Assembly: GCA_048128005.1 (NCBI GenBank)
Contig: JBEUKZ010000132.1
Coordinates: 62,001 to 126,000, forward strand
Length of the DNA stretch: 64,000 bases
DNA from: Veleropilina oligotropha
Taxonomy: Eukaryota
Reading direction: 5' to 3'
The notes under the pieces are model-generated. The model ran no database searches, had not been told where the DNA came from, and saw only the letters and a program-made list of their open reading frames with translations. Shown one piece after another: positions 25,847 through 38,900 of this stretch. The first letter of the stretch is position 1; every line of letters starts with the position of its first letter. Both the position numbers and the translations under genes were made by a program.

Positions 25847-27423
25847 TTTTATTATCCCACGCCCGAAGGTAGCGGGGATATTGTTATTGCCATGTCCGTC
25901 CATATGTCCGTAAACAATTTGGTTCAAGTTTCGAATTGAGTGTATATAGCTTGGCCGTTATACTTTTTGGGCATATATATGCTTTTGTAGGCATTATATG
26001 GATGACACCTGGTCCTCTGGAATTGAGATTGAATAAAATTTTATATAAATATTGCATAAATGTAGGTTTTTTTTAACATATAAATTTTGGTTAAAGTTTC
26101 TGGTTAAAGTTTTTCATTGAGTGTATATGTTTTGTTGAAACAACATTTTGGTTTATATATGCTTTGGTATTGATAATATGAATGTCAGCTGATACTATGG
26201 AAGCGATGCTGATTTAAATTTAATATAATTATTGCATAAAAATAGGTGTTTGTGGACATAGAAATTTTCGTTAAAGTTTTCTTTAAATTTTTCAATGGGC
26301 ATATGGTAAAGTTTTGTTTAAATTTTTCAATGGGCATATGGGTTGTTGTAGGCACTGTTTTACATCCATATACTTTAGTGTTGACTATATTGATGGTGCT
26401 CCCTCATCTGCAAGTGATTTATAATATAAATAATGTGAAATAAGTGTTTTTTTTGACAGAAATTTTTGGTTAAGTCCTGTGAATTTCCATTCTGTTCCAT
26501 TATTGCATACATATTATTTGGTGATGCTTATATTGATACCACCTTTTACTGTAGCAATGATATCGAATATTATTTTGAATAAATATTGAAGAAACTTGAT
26601 GTGTTTGGACATATAAATTTTGGTTAAAGTTTATATCAGAGTGAGTGCGGAAGGCGGGGGATGAATCCGTTTTCATCCCCCGCCCCAAGGTAGCGGGGGA
26701 TATTGTTGTTGCCATGTCCGTCCGTAAACAATTTGGTTAAAGTTTCGAATTGAGTGTATATAGCTTGCCCATGATACTTTTTGGCATATATATATGCTTT
26801 TGTAGGCGTTATATGGATGACACCTAGTACTCTGGAAGTGAGATCGAATAAAATTTAATATAATTATTGCATAAATGTAGGTGTTTTTGAACATAGAAAT
26901 TTTGGTTAAAGTTTTTCATTGAGTGTATATGGGTTGTTTAAACAACATTTTGGTGTATATATGCTTTGGTATTGATAATATGAATATCAACTGATACTAT
27001 GGAAGTGATGCTGAATTAAATTTAATATAATTATTGCATAATAATAGGTGTTTGTGGACATAGAAATTTTGGTTAAAGTTTTGTTTAAATTTTTCAATGG
27101 GTGCATATGGGTTGTTCTAGGCACTGTTTTACATCAATATACTTTAGTGTTGACTACATTGATGCTGCTTCCTCATCTGCAAGTGATTTATAATATAAAT
27201 AACATGTGAAATTAGTGTTTGTGGACATAGAAATTTTTGTTAAAGTTGAGTGAATTTCCATTCTATTCCATTATTGCATAATTATATATTCTTTGGTGAT
27301 GCTTATATTGATACCACCTTTTACTCTAGCAATGATATTGAATATTATTTTGTATAAATATTGAAGTATCTTGATGTGATTGCAGAAGGCGGGGGATGAA
27401 TCCGTTTTCTAACTGGCTCTTGT
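25847..27423 (+). mobile_element. Head-to-tail dimer of a HINE-like element
   Basis: Units ~25847-26672 and ~26673-27423, each atccc(a/c)cgccc..aggtagcgggg(g)atattgtt..gccatgtccgtcc ... gaaggcgggggatgaatccgtttt; only the second ends in ctcttgt. Confidence 0.8.
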
Positions 27424-27676
27424 ATAATATTGCAGACCTTGCTCCCTTAAAAGTATGGGCATGTCCAATAAGAAGACAATAGATGCAAAATATGACATAA
27501 ACTCAAATTCAAGTCGTATGAGTAAATCCCCTTTAGCTGTGCATTTTGATTCCATTGTCTAATGATGTTGCTATATATGAGTTTGAAATAATATTTTATT
27601 TCAATTGAAGGGTTTTATGTAAATTTTTGTCTGTATGATGTTTATGCCTTGCTTCAATAATGTTTTATCGCTATAG

Positions 27677-27772
27677 GTTAAAAAAGTAAAAAGGCAAATG
27701 TCGGACACACAGTTTTCATCTCGCAATCGGTTTCAAGTTGCTCAAGATGATAACAACTGGGAAGAGGAAATG
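27677..27772 (+). CDS. USP36: USP36-like exon (basic motif)
   Basis: ctatag|GTT ... ATG|gtgagt; VKKVKRQMSDTQFSSRNRFQVAQDDNNWEEEM. Confidence 0.85.
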
Positions 27773-27969
27773 GTGAGTAATTGTCTCGAGATGACCATAG
27801 CTGATTAACGTGACAATAAGCTCAAATTCAAACACAGCAACTCTTTAATATTTTTTTTTGATGTGCTTTTGTGAAAATGCATTGTCCATCTTTCAAAAGC
27901 ATTCAAGTACAGTATGGTTGAAAAATCGTTAGTAGACTAGATGTCATACAACAGGCAATCCATTCTTAA

Positions 27970-28824
27970 CTCTTTCACTGCCAAAGTGGGGATGTATCCG
28001 TTTCTTACTATTATCCTCAGCATGCCTAAAATGGATATCTCCATCTTCGTTTCTCTCCATCTTTTCAGGGTTAGGGTTAGGATTAGGGTATAGAGCTAGG
28101 GCTAGAACTAAGGAAAAAATTTATGGTTGTGGTGGGTTAAGGTTATATTTGATGAGTGTTTTCCAAAATGTGAGCAGTTTTGTTATTTATGTATAACCAC
28201 TGTTTACTTTTACATAAATCTTTTATACACATATTAAATAGCAATAAAATAATTTACGAAATTGAACCCAGTCAAAAGCTCTATCATGGGAAGTCAGGCG
28301 AAATGAATCAATGTTATGTGTATACAAAATTTTCAAGATGTGACTGGCTCCATGTTTTGGAAAAAATCCGTTCAATTATAGTTATGGTTATAATTATGAT
28401 TATGTTTATGGTTGGGGATAGGGTTAGGTACTCAACAAGTATTTATTATTGACCATATTTATTGGGGCCGCTTCGGCAGTGCAGTGGGTAAGAGTGTCCA
28501 CTCTAAATTCACTGGCTTGATTCCGCTAATGCGAACAGTAGTGGGTTCAATACCTGGCAGAGGCATTGACATTTGTTCAAGTTATGAATCACAGTTGTTC
28601 GAGACTGGCCGAAGAGGGCTGGTTTACCCGGGTGACCAGGGTTTCCTGCCTTGAACCTCGATGTTGTAAATATACAGGACATTAAGCATCATTCCTCCAT
28701 ATTTATTGAATATTATCTAAGTACTAAAAGAGTAGTTTGAAATAAAATGAAAACAGTTAATGGCAAGTATTTATAGTTATAAATTAAAATACCCCAAAAG
28801 CTGGGCACAGCGGCAGTGAAAGAG
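27970..28824. mobile_element. piggyBac-like MITE containing a SINE and degenerate TTAGGG repeats
   Basis: TTAA|ctctttcactgcc ... ggcagtgaaagag|TTAA. Confidence 0.82.
28465..28696 (+). mobile_element. tRNA-derived SINE (family B)
   Basis: tRNA-like head with B box ggttcaatacc; 12-bp TSD ccatatttattg (28453-28464 and 28697-28708). Confidence 0.87.
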
Positions 28825-28955
28825 TTAAATCCATGTTATTATTATGCATTGAAATTGCAGCATCGTGTATAGGACAGGTAAACAAGTAGATATTTCTGTT
28901 TGTTGAGAATAACATTTTGAAGTTTTCATTGTAATACTGTAATGCTATACAACAC

Positions 28956-30017
28956 TTTTTATCCCCTCGGTTACCAATGGGGAGATCTTGCAATCGCCCA
29001 GTCTGTCTGTCCGTCCGTCTGTATGTAATCGATATCGTTTCCGGAGCATATCTCTTACACCGCTCGACATAAGTTTACGATACTTTCAGGGTGTATTAAG
29101 TAGTCGGTGAACTGGTGCCTTTTGCCAGTTTCGACGTTGAGCGGTGATTATTAACAGAGTTACTGCCCTTGTAAATTCTCTGTTATCTTTTCCGGACTGT
29201 ATCTCATACACCGCTCAACATAACTTTACGATACTTGCATGGTGTATTAAATAGTCGGTGAACTTGTGCCTTTTGCCAGTTTCGACGTTAAGCGGCGATT
29301 ATTAACAGAGTTACTGCCCTTGTAAATTCGCTAATGTTATCTTTTCCTGACCGTATCTCATACACCGCTCAACATAACTTTACGATACCTGCAGGGTGTA
29401 TTAACTCGTCGGTGAACTGGTGCCTTTTGCCAGTTTTGATGTTGGGCTGCGATTACTAACAGAGTTACTACCCTTGTTCTAAATTCACTATTGTTATCTT
29501 TTCCGGTCCGTATCTCATACACCGCTCAACATAACTTGACGATACTTGCAGGGTGTATTAAGTAGTTGGCGAACTGGTGCCTTTTGCCACTTTCGACGTT
29601 GATTGCCGATTATCAACAGAGTTACTGCCCTTGTTGTAAATTCGCTAATATCATTTCCGGACTATCTCATACACCGCTCAACATAACTTTACGAAACTTG
29701 CTGGATGTATTAAGTAGTTTCTGGACTGGTGCCTTTTGCTAATTGCAATGCTGTGCGGGGATTAATAACAGTAATAACAGAGTTATTGTCCTTGTAAATT
29801 TGTTAATGTTCTCTTTTCCGGAGCATATCTCATAAACCGATTGGCATATCTTTATGAAATTTTGTGGGTGTATTCAGTGCTCTGTGAACTCGTGCCTTTT
29901 GCTAATTTCGACATTGTGCGGTGATTCATAAGACAATTATTGCCATTGTTGTAAATTCGTTAATGTTTCTTTGGAATTAACCATTGCGGAGGATATTGAC
30001 GGCTCTGTCTTCTTGCT
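28956..30017 (+). mobile_element. HINE-like element with ~155-bp internal tandem repeats
   Basis: ttttatcccctc...ggggagat, (gtcy)n microsatellite, ~6 repeats of tatctcatacaccgctcaacataactttacgatac..., 3' gcggaggata + gacgg-ct-ctgtc hairpin + cttg. Confidence 0.8.
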
Positions 30018-30108
30018 TACACTTAAAATCAGCGATGTTGGCCTAGTGTTAAATTAACGTTCCACCGGGGGGATACGTCTTCTGATGACTCTTGTTCATA
30101 TGTTTCAG

Positions 30109-30195
30109 CGCAAGAAAACTGGTGCTGATTTTTCCGAAAAACAGTTTCATCATAAAAATACGAGCCACCAAAGTAACTCCAACAAGCGTCATTGA
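30109..30195 (+). CDS. USP36: Probable last coding exon of USP36-like gene
   Basis: Pyrimidine tract + tttcag|CGC, phase 0; RKKTGADFSEKQFHHKNTSHQSNSNKRH*; followed by AT-rich UTR-like sequence. No recognisable conserved motif. Confidence 0.6.
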   Translation, partial: RKKTGADFSEKQFHHKNTSHQSNSNKRH

Positions 30196-32213
30196 TAATG
30201 GTCGGCCATAAGACAACCTGCATGGTGGTTTCAAGTTGGAGGCTACCTCCAATGGCAAATAATGTTAATTTAGCTATCCTTGTGACAGCAAAAGATGATA
30301 TCGTGCCAACAAATCTTTGCAAGCATCATTTATTGCGAGGCTTACGAACTGTTGTTAATGTTTGTAGTATGTTGTTTGTACAATAGCAGTAAATATTTGA
30401 CAATTGTGTCAATTGATATACACAGGGCAATACATTTGAATGCAAGTTTCTCATTATGTAATTTCAGGAAAACCCATTATATAATTTTTTTCTTTCGTCT
30501 CGAAGTCTAATTAGTAATAGCATCTATGATGATACATGGAAAACAAATTGACTTATTTCACTTTTATCACTTGGCATTGAAGTAGGTAAACATTTGTAAT
30601 CCACCTTTTCATTTCAATGAATGCTTTTGGCATATATGATGACGTGCTGCTAGCATATATTATTTCTGACAATCTGACAAATAGCATGATAACCATATTA
30701 AATGCTAATGGATAACATTTTTATTTTCATAAATTATAAATCTATGCGTTTTAACACTCAATTATCAATAATCATGTGATTGACGTCGCATCAATCGTAA
30801 CTTACTGTGTGCAACATTTTTCTTGCTTATATTTCAATAAGAATTCATTGCATTAAATCTGTATGTGATCATGCCACTGTAGATATTTTCAGTGTAATTT
30901 TGCAATCAACATATTTAAAATAAATAGATATTTAATCTAGATGCCTGATAAAAATATTCTGCTGTATATATATATCATGATAATATATATTAGCTGTATA
31001 TTGCTTCATTTTGATATGCATGCTGTATCTTTACTCTTCGTGCATCTGAGTGTGCAATGTCACGTATTAAAAATCTTGTGTAACTATTACCATGACATAA
31101 TTTATTGCAACTTGTGATCTATTGTGGATGATGTTTCATCAGTAAGCAATGTTATAATCTTTTATCTAAAAAATTGTTAATAAATTCCCTGATGATTCCA
31201 CGATTCAAACCTTCAATCGTCAACAAATTTTATTTTTCTTGTCAATTGAACACAATTTGCAGTAATCATGTTTGGAGTTAATTTCCATTTTTCTGAGAAT
31301 TGATTTTAGAGGTCGGTATTTTGAAATATGAAACTTATAACAACAATTATAGTAAATAAAGCGGTCATTTGTGTTAGCTTATAATTCTAACTTAACAGTG
31401 ATCTGGGGCTGATCTAGGCTTTTTTTGCACCCGTTATATCGGGTTTGGGCGTTGGGAGTTTGGGCGCCCATACTGGATAAAGTGAAAACATAAAACCAAT
31501 GATTTACCTATAACAAATTATAGTTTATCTGCTATACGCTCTACTCTTAAGGGTACGAAATTTAGGCGACAAATCCTTATGAAATGAAAAATTGTCACTA
31601 TTTACAACGTTATTATGTAGGCCTATACTTTCTCTTGCGATTTTGTCAATATTCATTTCGCAGGATTGGTTTTACCGATAACTTTCGATTACAATCTAGA
31701 CCAAAATAGATTGCGCTATTGCTGCCCAACTTTTAACTTCGACCATGCCCAACTTTCCATGATATTAACTACGGCAAGAAGCTTAATTTTCTCTTTTCAT
31801 TACAAATGGTGTTTTAGAATTCGCATACTGTTAGCGGTTTAAAAAATTGTAATATTTGACTATTGAAGATGTGCTGAGTATATATTATTTGGTAATAGGA
31901 AATTTGAAAAACAAGATTGGACAGTGCCAAAGTTAGAACTTGGGCATAGGGGAAGTTTGGCGTGACCTATGACACTGCATATGTCTCGCTTGTTACACAC
32001 TAAAATAACGAATTAAATTTAAACAGGCATTTGCAAATTCAAATTCCGAGACCTAATTTGTTATTTTAAATAAAATATTATCTACAAATATAAATAAACA
32101 TGGCACAAATTTTATTAAATTTGCGGACATTGCAAAATGGCGGATGCGTTAACTTTGATTTGTGAGTGGTTACATTCGCGGGTATGTTTACTGGCGGGAG
32201 TTGGTACACAAAA

Positions 32214-32637
32214 CAGGCATGAGATTCTTCAGGTTTTTTCCTGAATTCAGGTTTTTCTACTTCCCACTGACTGTTTTTCTAATTCGTCTAAATCAGGGGA
32301 GAAGTTTGGGGGGGGGTGAAGGCCTTGCCTACCTGTTAAAATAGTTTGCAATGTCAGAACTCTTCAAAAATGCGTACATTAGTACATAATTCTACCGAAA
32401 CCACACGACTGTCGAAGCAGCCCTTCAGTAATTGGAAGAAGTGACCAGATTTTAACAATTTTTTTGAAAAATATGAATGTCATCTTCATGATATGTTGGT
32501 ATTTGGGAAGCCCTGATAATGATCAAAAATGGGCTGGAATGCAGCTGAGAGCGTCTAGGGTCTCTGAGCTTCCCCCTGGACCCCGGCTTATATTAGTCCA
32601 GTTCAGGTTTTTTCAGAATTTCCCAGTCTCATGCCTG
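32214..32637. mobile_element. hAT-like MITE (6-bp TSD)
   Basis: caggcatgaga ... tctcatgcctg with TSD acaaaa. Confidence 0.75.
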
Positions 32638-33350
32638 ACAAAAGGTATTTAAAGCTTAATTGAGAGTCATATTTCATTCAACGGGTGGGGCTTGACTGAA
32701 GTGTCGATTTTCTAATGAAATAAAACATACAATTCAACTGACAATGCATCCACTGTTCAAATACCGTGAGGAATGACATAGGGACGCACATTGGATTGCG
32801 AGATTTATCTTTATCTTCAACAAATAATATACTTTTGCACCGGTATTAGATACCATTTCTATTGTCGACCCAACACTAATTCAGAAAATCTGCACTAATC
32901 TTATTACCGCGATGCAAGTTCACCTTAGCTTATTATTTAAAAACAAGCACAGATGTGTGCAATATACCTGCGTCACAATTTATCAATAGCATTGTGATCA
33001 AAGATTCAATGATCAAATAACAATTATTTGTTCAATTCCAAATTGCCTTATTTTCAATGCACACCTCTTAGTGGAAAGCCTCTAGACGATGACAACGTGT
33101 GTGTTGTTCCCAGCGGATTTTTTTTCTATTTTCAAATCCTTAAATTCTGGAATTAATTATTATTTTTTAATCATTCACTCATACACGCACAGTGACAAAA
33201 ATCTTCAAGATTTTCATCCCACCTATGACCCTGTGGGTAGTTGTAAATGCCTTCAATGCTGTTGTTATTCAATGCATTTACAGCTGCCAGGAGACCCACC
33301 CACCCATGTTCCCTTTCACTAAAGTAGAATGAGGGAGGTTTGTCTCGTGA

Positions 33351-33949
33351 CTATTCCCCTGTGTCTCTTCTCCAATTGTGTCGAAACACAGCGCATGTGG
33401 CATCATGATCAGAGAAATGCAAAGGATGTACAAACTGCTGCAGTGGCTGGCCCACAGACTTGATGTAGATGTGGTCCAGGATGTGACCTTGCATGTGTGT
33501 AGGTTCTTTGATGATTTGGTCAAATCCCAATTCTTGTAGCATGGATACAGTGCTACTATCTTCTCCAAAGTCAATGTTGAAGTTTCCTGTGATGATTGTG
33601 GGTCTCTCGTGATCAAGTTGTTGGATCAAATCTGCTGTAAACGTTGCCTGGTTGTGATGGGATGGTGATCTGTACACTGTGACAATGTCCAGATTATCCA
33701 GTTGTATCTTCAAAATTTGATGAGATGCCTCATCCACTTGTGTTCTTCCAATGATCTTCAGCGCAAAAGGTTGTAGCTGGTTATTGACAATGTGCCTTGT
33801 GCAGTCTCCTCTGAGCAGTTGATGAAAGTTTCACAGAGGCAGATTATGTCACTGCTCAAGAGAACGTGGTCTGCAACAAGATCTGCATGATGCTTGGGCA
33901 GTGACCTTGTGTTCAGTGAGCTGATCTTGAAGTTGTCTTCTCTTGTCCA
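33351..33949 (-). pseudogene. Helentron C-terminal AP-like (EEP) endonuclease, frameshifted
   Basis: ISSLNTRSL, DIICLCET, VYRSP, ITGNFN (consensus GDFN), PTH...LDHIY, FSDH. Confidence 0.85.
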
Positions 33950-35932
33950 TGGTGTTTCTCTAAAGTTGAGTGCTTTCTCCTTCAAGTGTTTAGCTTCAGC
34001 CAATGCACTCTTGCTTACCTTGATCATCTTGTTTTCATATTCTGTCAAATACAACTGGTCAATTGATTGAACTCTGCCAAGAAGAACATATGCTTGTCCA
34101 CAAGTAAAGAGCGAGTCCATGTGTGCCACAAGACACTTTGGCTTTGCTACAGTTTGGCCTTGAAACTTGTGAACTGTTGATGCCCATGCCAACTTCAAAG
34201 GGAACTGAATCACTTTCGCAGTGACTGTGTGTTGTTTGGCATTCTTCCCAATTGTGTAGTTGAAAGAGACTTTTCTGACTGGCGTTGGTCCATTTTCTTC
34301 TCCAAGCTTGTACTTCTTGCGCATGTAGTAGCCTGTGTTGTCATCATCAAACTGTACAAACACTCTCTGGACTGCTTCCTTGTTGCTCTCAAACTTGACC
34401 ACTGTCCCTCTTGCTCCATTTGTCAGCCCATCTGATGTATCAACATTGTATGTCATTATGACTCTTGCACCAATTTTCAGTCTCAAGATGTCCAGAAATG
34501 ATGGCTCATGGACACTGCCATCTTTTCCAATGGGTGGCATGTAGTTTGGTTTGTTTGGATGAATGTTCCTTGCTGGTAGGATGATAAAATCCCCAGGCAG
34601 ACCACCCAGCTTATCCTCATTGAACTCATTCACTGCCTGATTCTTGCCATAGAGATGTACCGCCTCATGAGGAAACTTTTCTGTCACTTGAGTCTTCAGC
34701 CTCTTCTCATCTGCTGTCTGATCTCCAAATCTGATCCGATTCAGTATTCTGTATATCTGCATAAGCACCATCCTCTCCTTGTCTGTGATTTTCCTTCAAT
34801 TCAATGCAGTCAAAGATTTCCCAGAGCGAGTGCAAATCATAGGAATGATGGAAGTCCTGGCACTTGGGCTTCTCAAAGATCCACTTTGCTCTAACGACTG
34901 CAGTTGCATCAGGTCTCCAAACAGTAACAATGCTACTCCTCCAAAGTCATCTATGTTCTCCTTGATCTCTTGCAGTCTTAGGTTAAGTTGGTAGAGTAGG
35001 TCAGCCTTGACCATGGATATTTCATCAATGATGAGCACTCTCAATTGTGACAAAAGGTTCCTCTGTATGTCTCTCACTTTGTCTGACAAGCTCAGAAAAT
35101 TGTTGCCAAAGTTCATGTGGAAAGCCGAGTGAATTGTCAGTCCCTTGATGTTGCTTGCTGCCATGCCAGTTGGTGCCGTATTCACAATGAATGGATGGTC
35201 AGGATGCCGGTTGTCCCTTGTCCTCAGGATGTGCTCACACCATAGCGAGATTGTGGTGATCAGTGTACTCTTGCCCGTTCCTGCTCCTCCATGTACCATC
35301 ACCAATGGTGGTTTTGGTCCATGTGTGTTCTTTGCAATGCTCTGCCTCAGTCCTTTGCAATATTTGATGACAATGCTGAATACTGCTTGTTGGTCTTTGT
35401 CTAGTTGTTGTGCTGACTTTAGCATCAGGTCCATGTCTGAAATGTCAATCCTCTGGAAAAATGTCTTCTCCACATTTTGCACACAGCCATCTTCTGGGAT
35501 GTCAATCAGTTCTCCTGGGTCTCTTGCCGCTTGCTCCTCATCTGTCATGCCCTCTGCTGCTTGATCATCCATATCTTGCTCATGTTCTGGGTTCATGATG
35601 TCTCCGATGTGATAACTCCTCTGCTCTTCTGCTGCTTCCAATGCTGCTCTTGCCTCTTCTACGTTGTTTCGATGTGGGAAGAGTCTTTGCTTTGTCTCAA
35701 CCAAGTTGTTGTGTAAAGAGTCATACATTTCCAGGCAGTTATCGAAATTATCTGCACACAGTGCTGTCTCGTCTCTCCATGGATGGTACAGAAGCATTTC
35801 AGAGTATAAGAATTCATGTGAGTCTGTTTCCTTCTTGAACTTGTGTAGCCTTAATACAGATGGGAATCCTCTCAGCTTCATATAACCATGAGACCGGTCA
35901 CCAAGTTCAATGTACTGTGGCAACGGTACTTG
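33950..35932 (-). pseudogene. Helentron PIF1-family (SF1B) helicase, frameshifted
   Basis: GGAGTGKS, APTGMAA, IIDEISMV, FGDLMQL, off-frame ELKENHRQ, DGLTNGARG, FPLKLAWASTVHKFQGQT, GQAYVLLGRV; frameshifts near 34897 and 34755. Confidence 0.92.
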
Positions 35933-38900
35933 CTAATCATCATTCCATGACACAAGTCTTTGGTTCTCATTCACTCCATACACTCCTTCTTCATACACAA
36001 CTTTCTTGGCACTTCTTGCTGTGCAGCTGTCATACGTAATGGCAAACTGAGCCAGGCACATGTTCTCCAAAGCTGCTGGTCTGGTTGCATACTTGTCATG
36101 TACTGATGTCTTTGGAATAAACTGTCCCGCCTTTCCTTCAATCTGCAGACAATCCTTTCCTGGTCCATCATCTCCTTCTGTAACCTTGACAAGGAACTTT
36201 GATCTGTGGTCAGGGAAACCAGCAGAAACAAAAATGCACTTGATATTTGACTCAGACAGGTGTAAGCTTGGCATCATCCTGTAGTAAGCCTCGCATTCTC
36301 CAACTTCCCGGTGTGTTAGGAACACTTGTGACAAGTATCGCATCTTGTCCTCCAGACTCTTGCCTTTGCACTCCTTTGCTGCCTGCTTCAAAAAGTCCAT
36401 AGTGCCTGAGTCGTCCTTGCTGTAGTAGTCAGTGATGTATGTGATGATGGCAAAGAAGTCCAGACAAACTTGAATGTCCATGTTGCCGTCCCATGCCTTG
36501 ATCCACTCCTTGTTGTACGTGTTGACAAAGATTTCATTAACTTTCCTCTTCATGACGATGGTTGTTCCTCGCTGAGAAACTGCCAATGCTGCATAGTACT
36601 CCTCCTTCTTGATATCTGCCAGGTTCAAGACATGTTCGATTGCAATGCCGTCCAAGTCCTCTTTGTCTAGTGTCTCCAATACCTTCTTGACTTTCTGCAG
36701 TGTTGCCTTGTGCTTCTCCATTGCTGTTTTGTACAGTTGAGTGTGAGTCTTGTTATCTATACACTCATCGCCGTCCTTGTGCACATAGTCACCTTCTTTA
36801 ACAGGCTGTGCCATGATGGTTCTGTCACTTGGAAACTTTGGGTAGTTGAATCTGCAGACAGTCTCATACTTCCTGCAGGATTTTGTGTGGTTGTGAATCT
36901 GGACATCTTTGACAATGTCTGCCACTTCATTATTCTCCAGTGAGCAGGAGGTGAAGGCATCCACAAAATTGGCCACCTGAGTCTTCTCATATTCTGTCAA
37001 AATCCCTTGCAATCTCAGTGTTTTCATTGCTCCAGTCAGGCCAGGGAGCACTTTTTGAATCTCTTCCAAGTCCAGCCACAGTACTCCATGAATGTGACCA
37101 GCTCCTCTCATTTGAAATTCAACTCTGTAGTTGTAGTATTGAACATGCATTGCACTGTTCTTGCCGGTAACAATGTGTTTGATGAACATCTTGACCCTGT
37201 GATCAAACACTCTTGTGACTGCCAAAACATTCTCTCTCACCAGTTCATGCACATTCTCTCTCTCCAAGTGTTCATCCAAAGGTTCTCCATCCACCAACAC
37301 ATCTTCAAACCCACTTGATCCATCATTCTTGTATGAGATTTCTTTGCCAATTTCAGCCAGGATGGTGACAAAGTTTTCAGGCCACCTCTTGTCTGCACAT
37401 GAGAGTGTGAAGAAGAACTGGAAAGCACCAAGTTGCTCCAGCTTTGCTACCAGTTCATATCTCCTCTGCTGCCAGTACTTTGGTGTTCCTGGGATCCTCT
37501 CAAATACTGAAAAACCATCTTCTGTTCTCAGAAGGTTGCCCTGTGAAACTTTTCCTCTGCAGTAGCTAATGTTAATCTGTCTCTCCAGTGTGTGTCTTTC
37601 GATGTAGTAAAGTGCAGAAAACACAAAAGGACTGCAGCTGCTGAAGCATTTGTTGACATTCAACAGTCTTTGTGTGAAGACTTGTTGTGGTGTAAGTTTT
37701 GTCTCACGTTCATATTTCAAACCATACTTTCCATCTGGAAACAGTGATGGAAATGCGTTAATGTCCCAGTCATCATCTCGCATCAGATTTGTTGGTACCT
37801 TTCCCTCTCCTGGAGCAATGGCAAAACTTGCTTGGCTTGTTGCACTTGACTTCTTGTTGACTGTAGATCTGGTTGTGTTCTCATACATTGTTGTCTCTGG
37901 ATACTTTCCGGCCATCATTGTTGCTCTTCCAATGTCGTTTTGGTGTCTCCTGATTGGATCTTTCCTTGCATCTTCTTTATCTGAGCCTGCTTCGTCTTCA
38001 CTACTTGTCAGATATGGCAGTTCATCATCTGCTACTGAGCTGGTAGACGCATCCTTGCTGGTGTCCACTTCCATGATGGTGTCTTCATTGTTGTTCTCTT
38101 CTGTCACCCATGTGATCTCATAGTCTTCATTGATGTCAACAGTTGCGTAACCTGGATGGCCTAGTTCCTTCAGCTTCAAGACAGCCTGCACAAGCTTCTC
38201 TGGGCTGATGTATGCCTCATTGTGAACATTCTTGTAGCTGTTGAGTGATGAGAGTGTCTCCAGGATGTCGTTGTCTGTGATGGGAACGTTAACAATCTTG
38301 TCCTTGATGGCTGACCAGCGACTTCTAGGCAGCTTGAACGGCTTGAGGAAGAGAATGTTCTTTGCAATCAGGACATTTTCCAACTCTGTAAGTTTAAGCT
38401 CTTCTGGTTGTGGCGAGATGGCAAGGCCATTGTGGTAGCTCTTGTGCAGCTTTGAAAGGTGGTGTGTGCAAGTGGTGCACAGGTAGAACTTGCCACATCT
38501 TGCCATTGACTCATCATAGTGCACAGACTCACTGTACAAATTGGGATTCTCCACATTAATTTTGTCTATCAGGAAGTTTGTAACAAGTCTCATGCTTCCC
38601 TTGAACATCAGACGTTGACAACAAACACAAGGATAACTTGGTCCTTCTTTTGTTTCTTTCTTAAAGTTGTCAAATCTCTTTTCTTCATCTGTTTCTTCTT
38701 CCTTCTTCTTTCTCTTGTCATATGCCTTTTGTCTAATGACTGCTTGGTTCTCCTTGTACAATCGCTTCTCTTCATCTGTTTCATCTTCCTTCTTCTTTCT
38801 CTTGTCATGTGCCTTTTGTCTGTTGACTGCTTGGTTCTCCTTGTTGTACTTTGCCTGTGCCTCCTGAATAGCAGCCTGGTTTTCTTCATTGTACTTTGCC

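Larger units (their letters stand above)
4388..30195 (+). other. USP36: USP36-like ubiquitin carboxyl-terminal hydrolase gene (peptidase C19), 16 coding exons in window, 5' end not located
   Basis: Hand-spliced exons all have AG/GT boundaries and matching phases (3467 nt = 2 nt + 1155 codons including stop). Motifs: Cys box GLVNMGNTCFLNS, GRQEDAHEFL, His box [12 protein letters not shown]...NDS, AYLLFY. The C-terminal WSDDYEDEMDCGK|VKKVK...NRFQ motif resembles USP36 rather than USP42. Confidence 0.9.

Noticed and set aside
33758..35923. Host PIF1 helicase gene
   Set aside because: Intronless, frameshifted and in frame with a Helitron Rep domain; it is the transposon helicase
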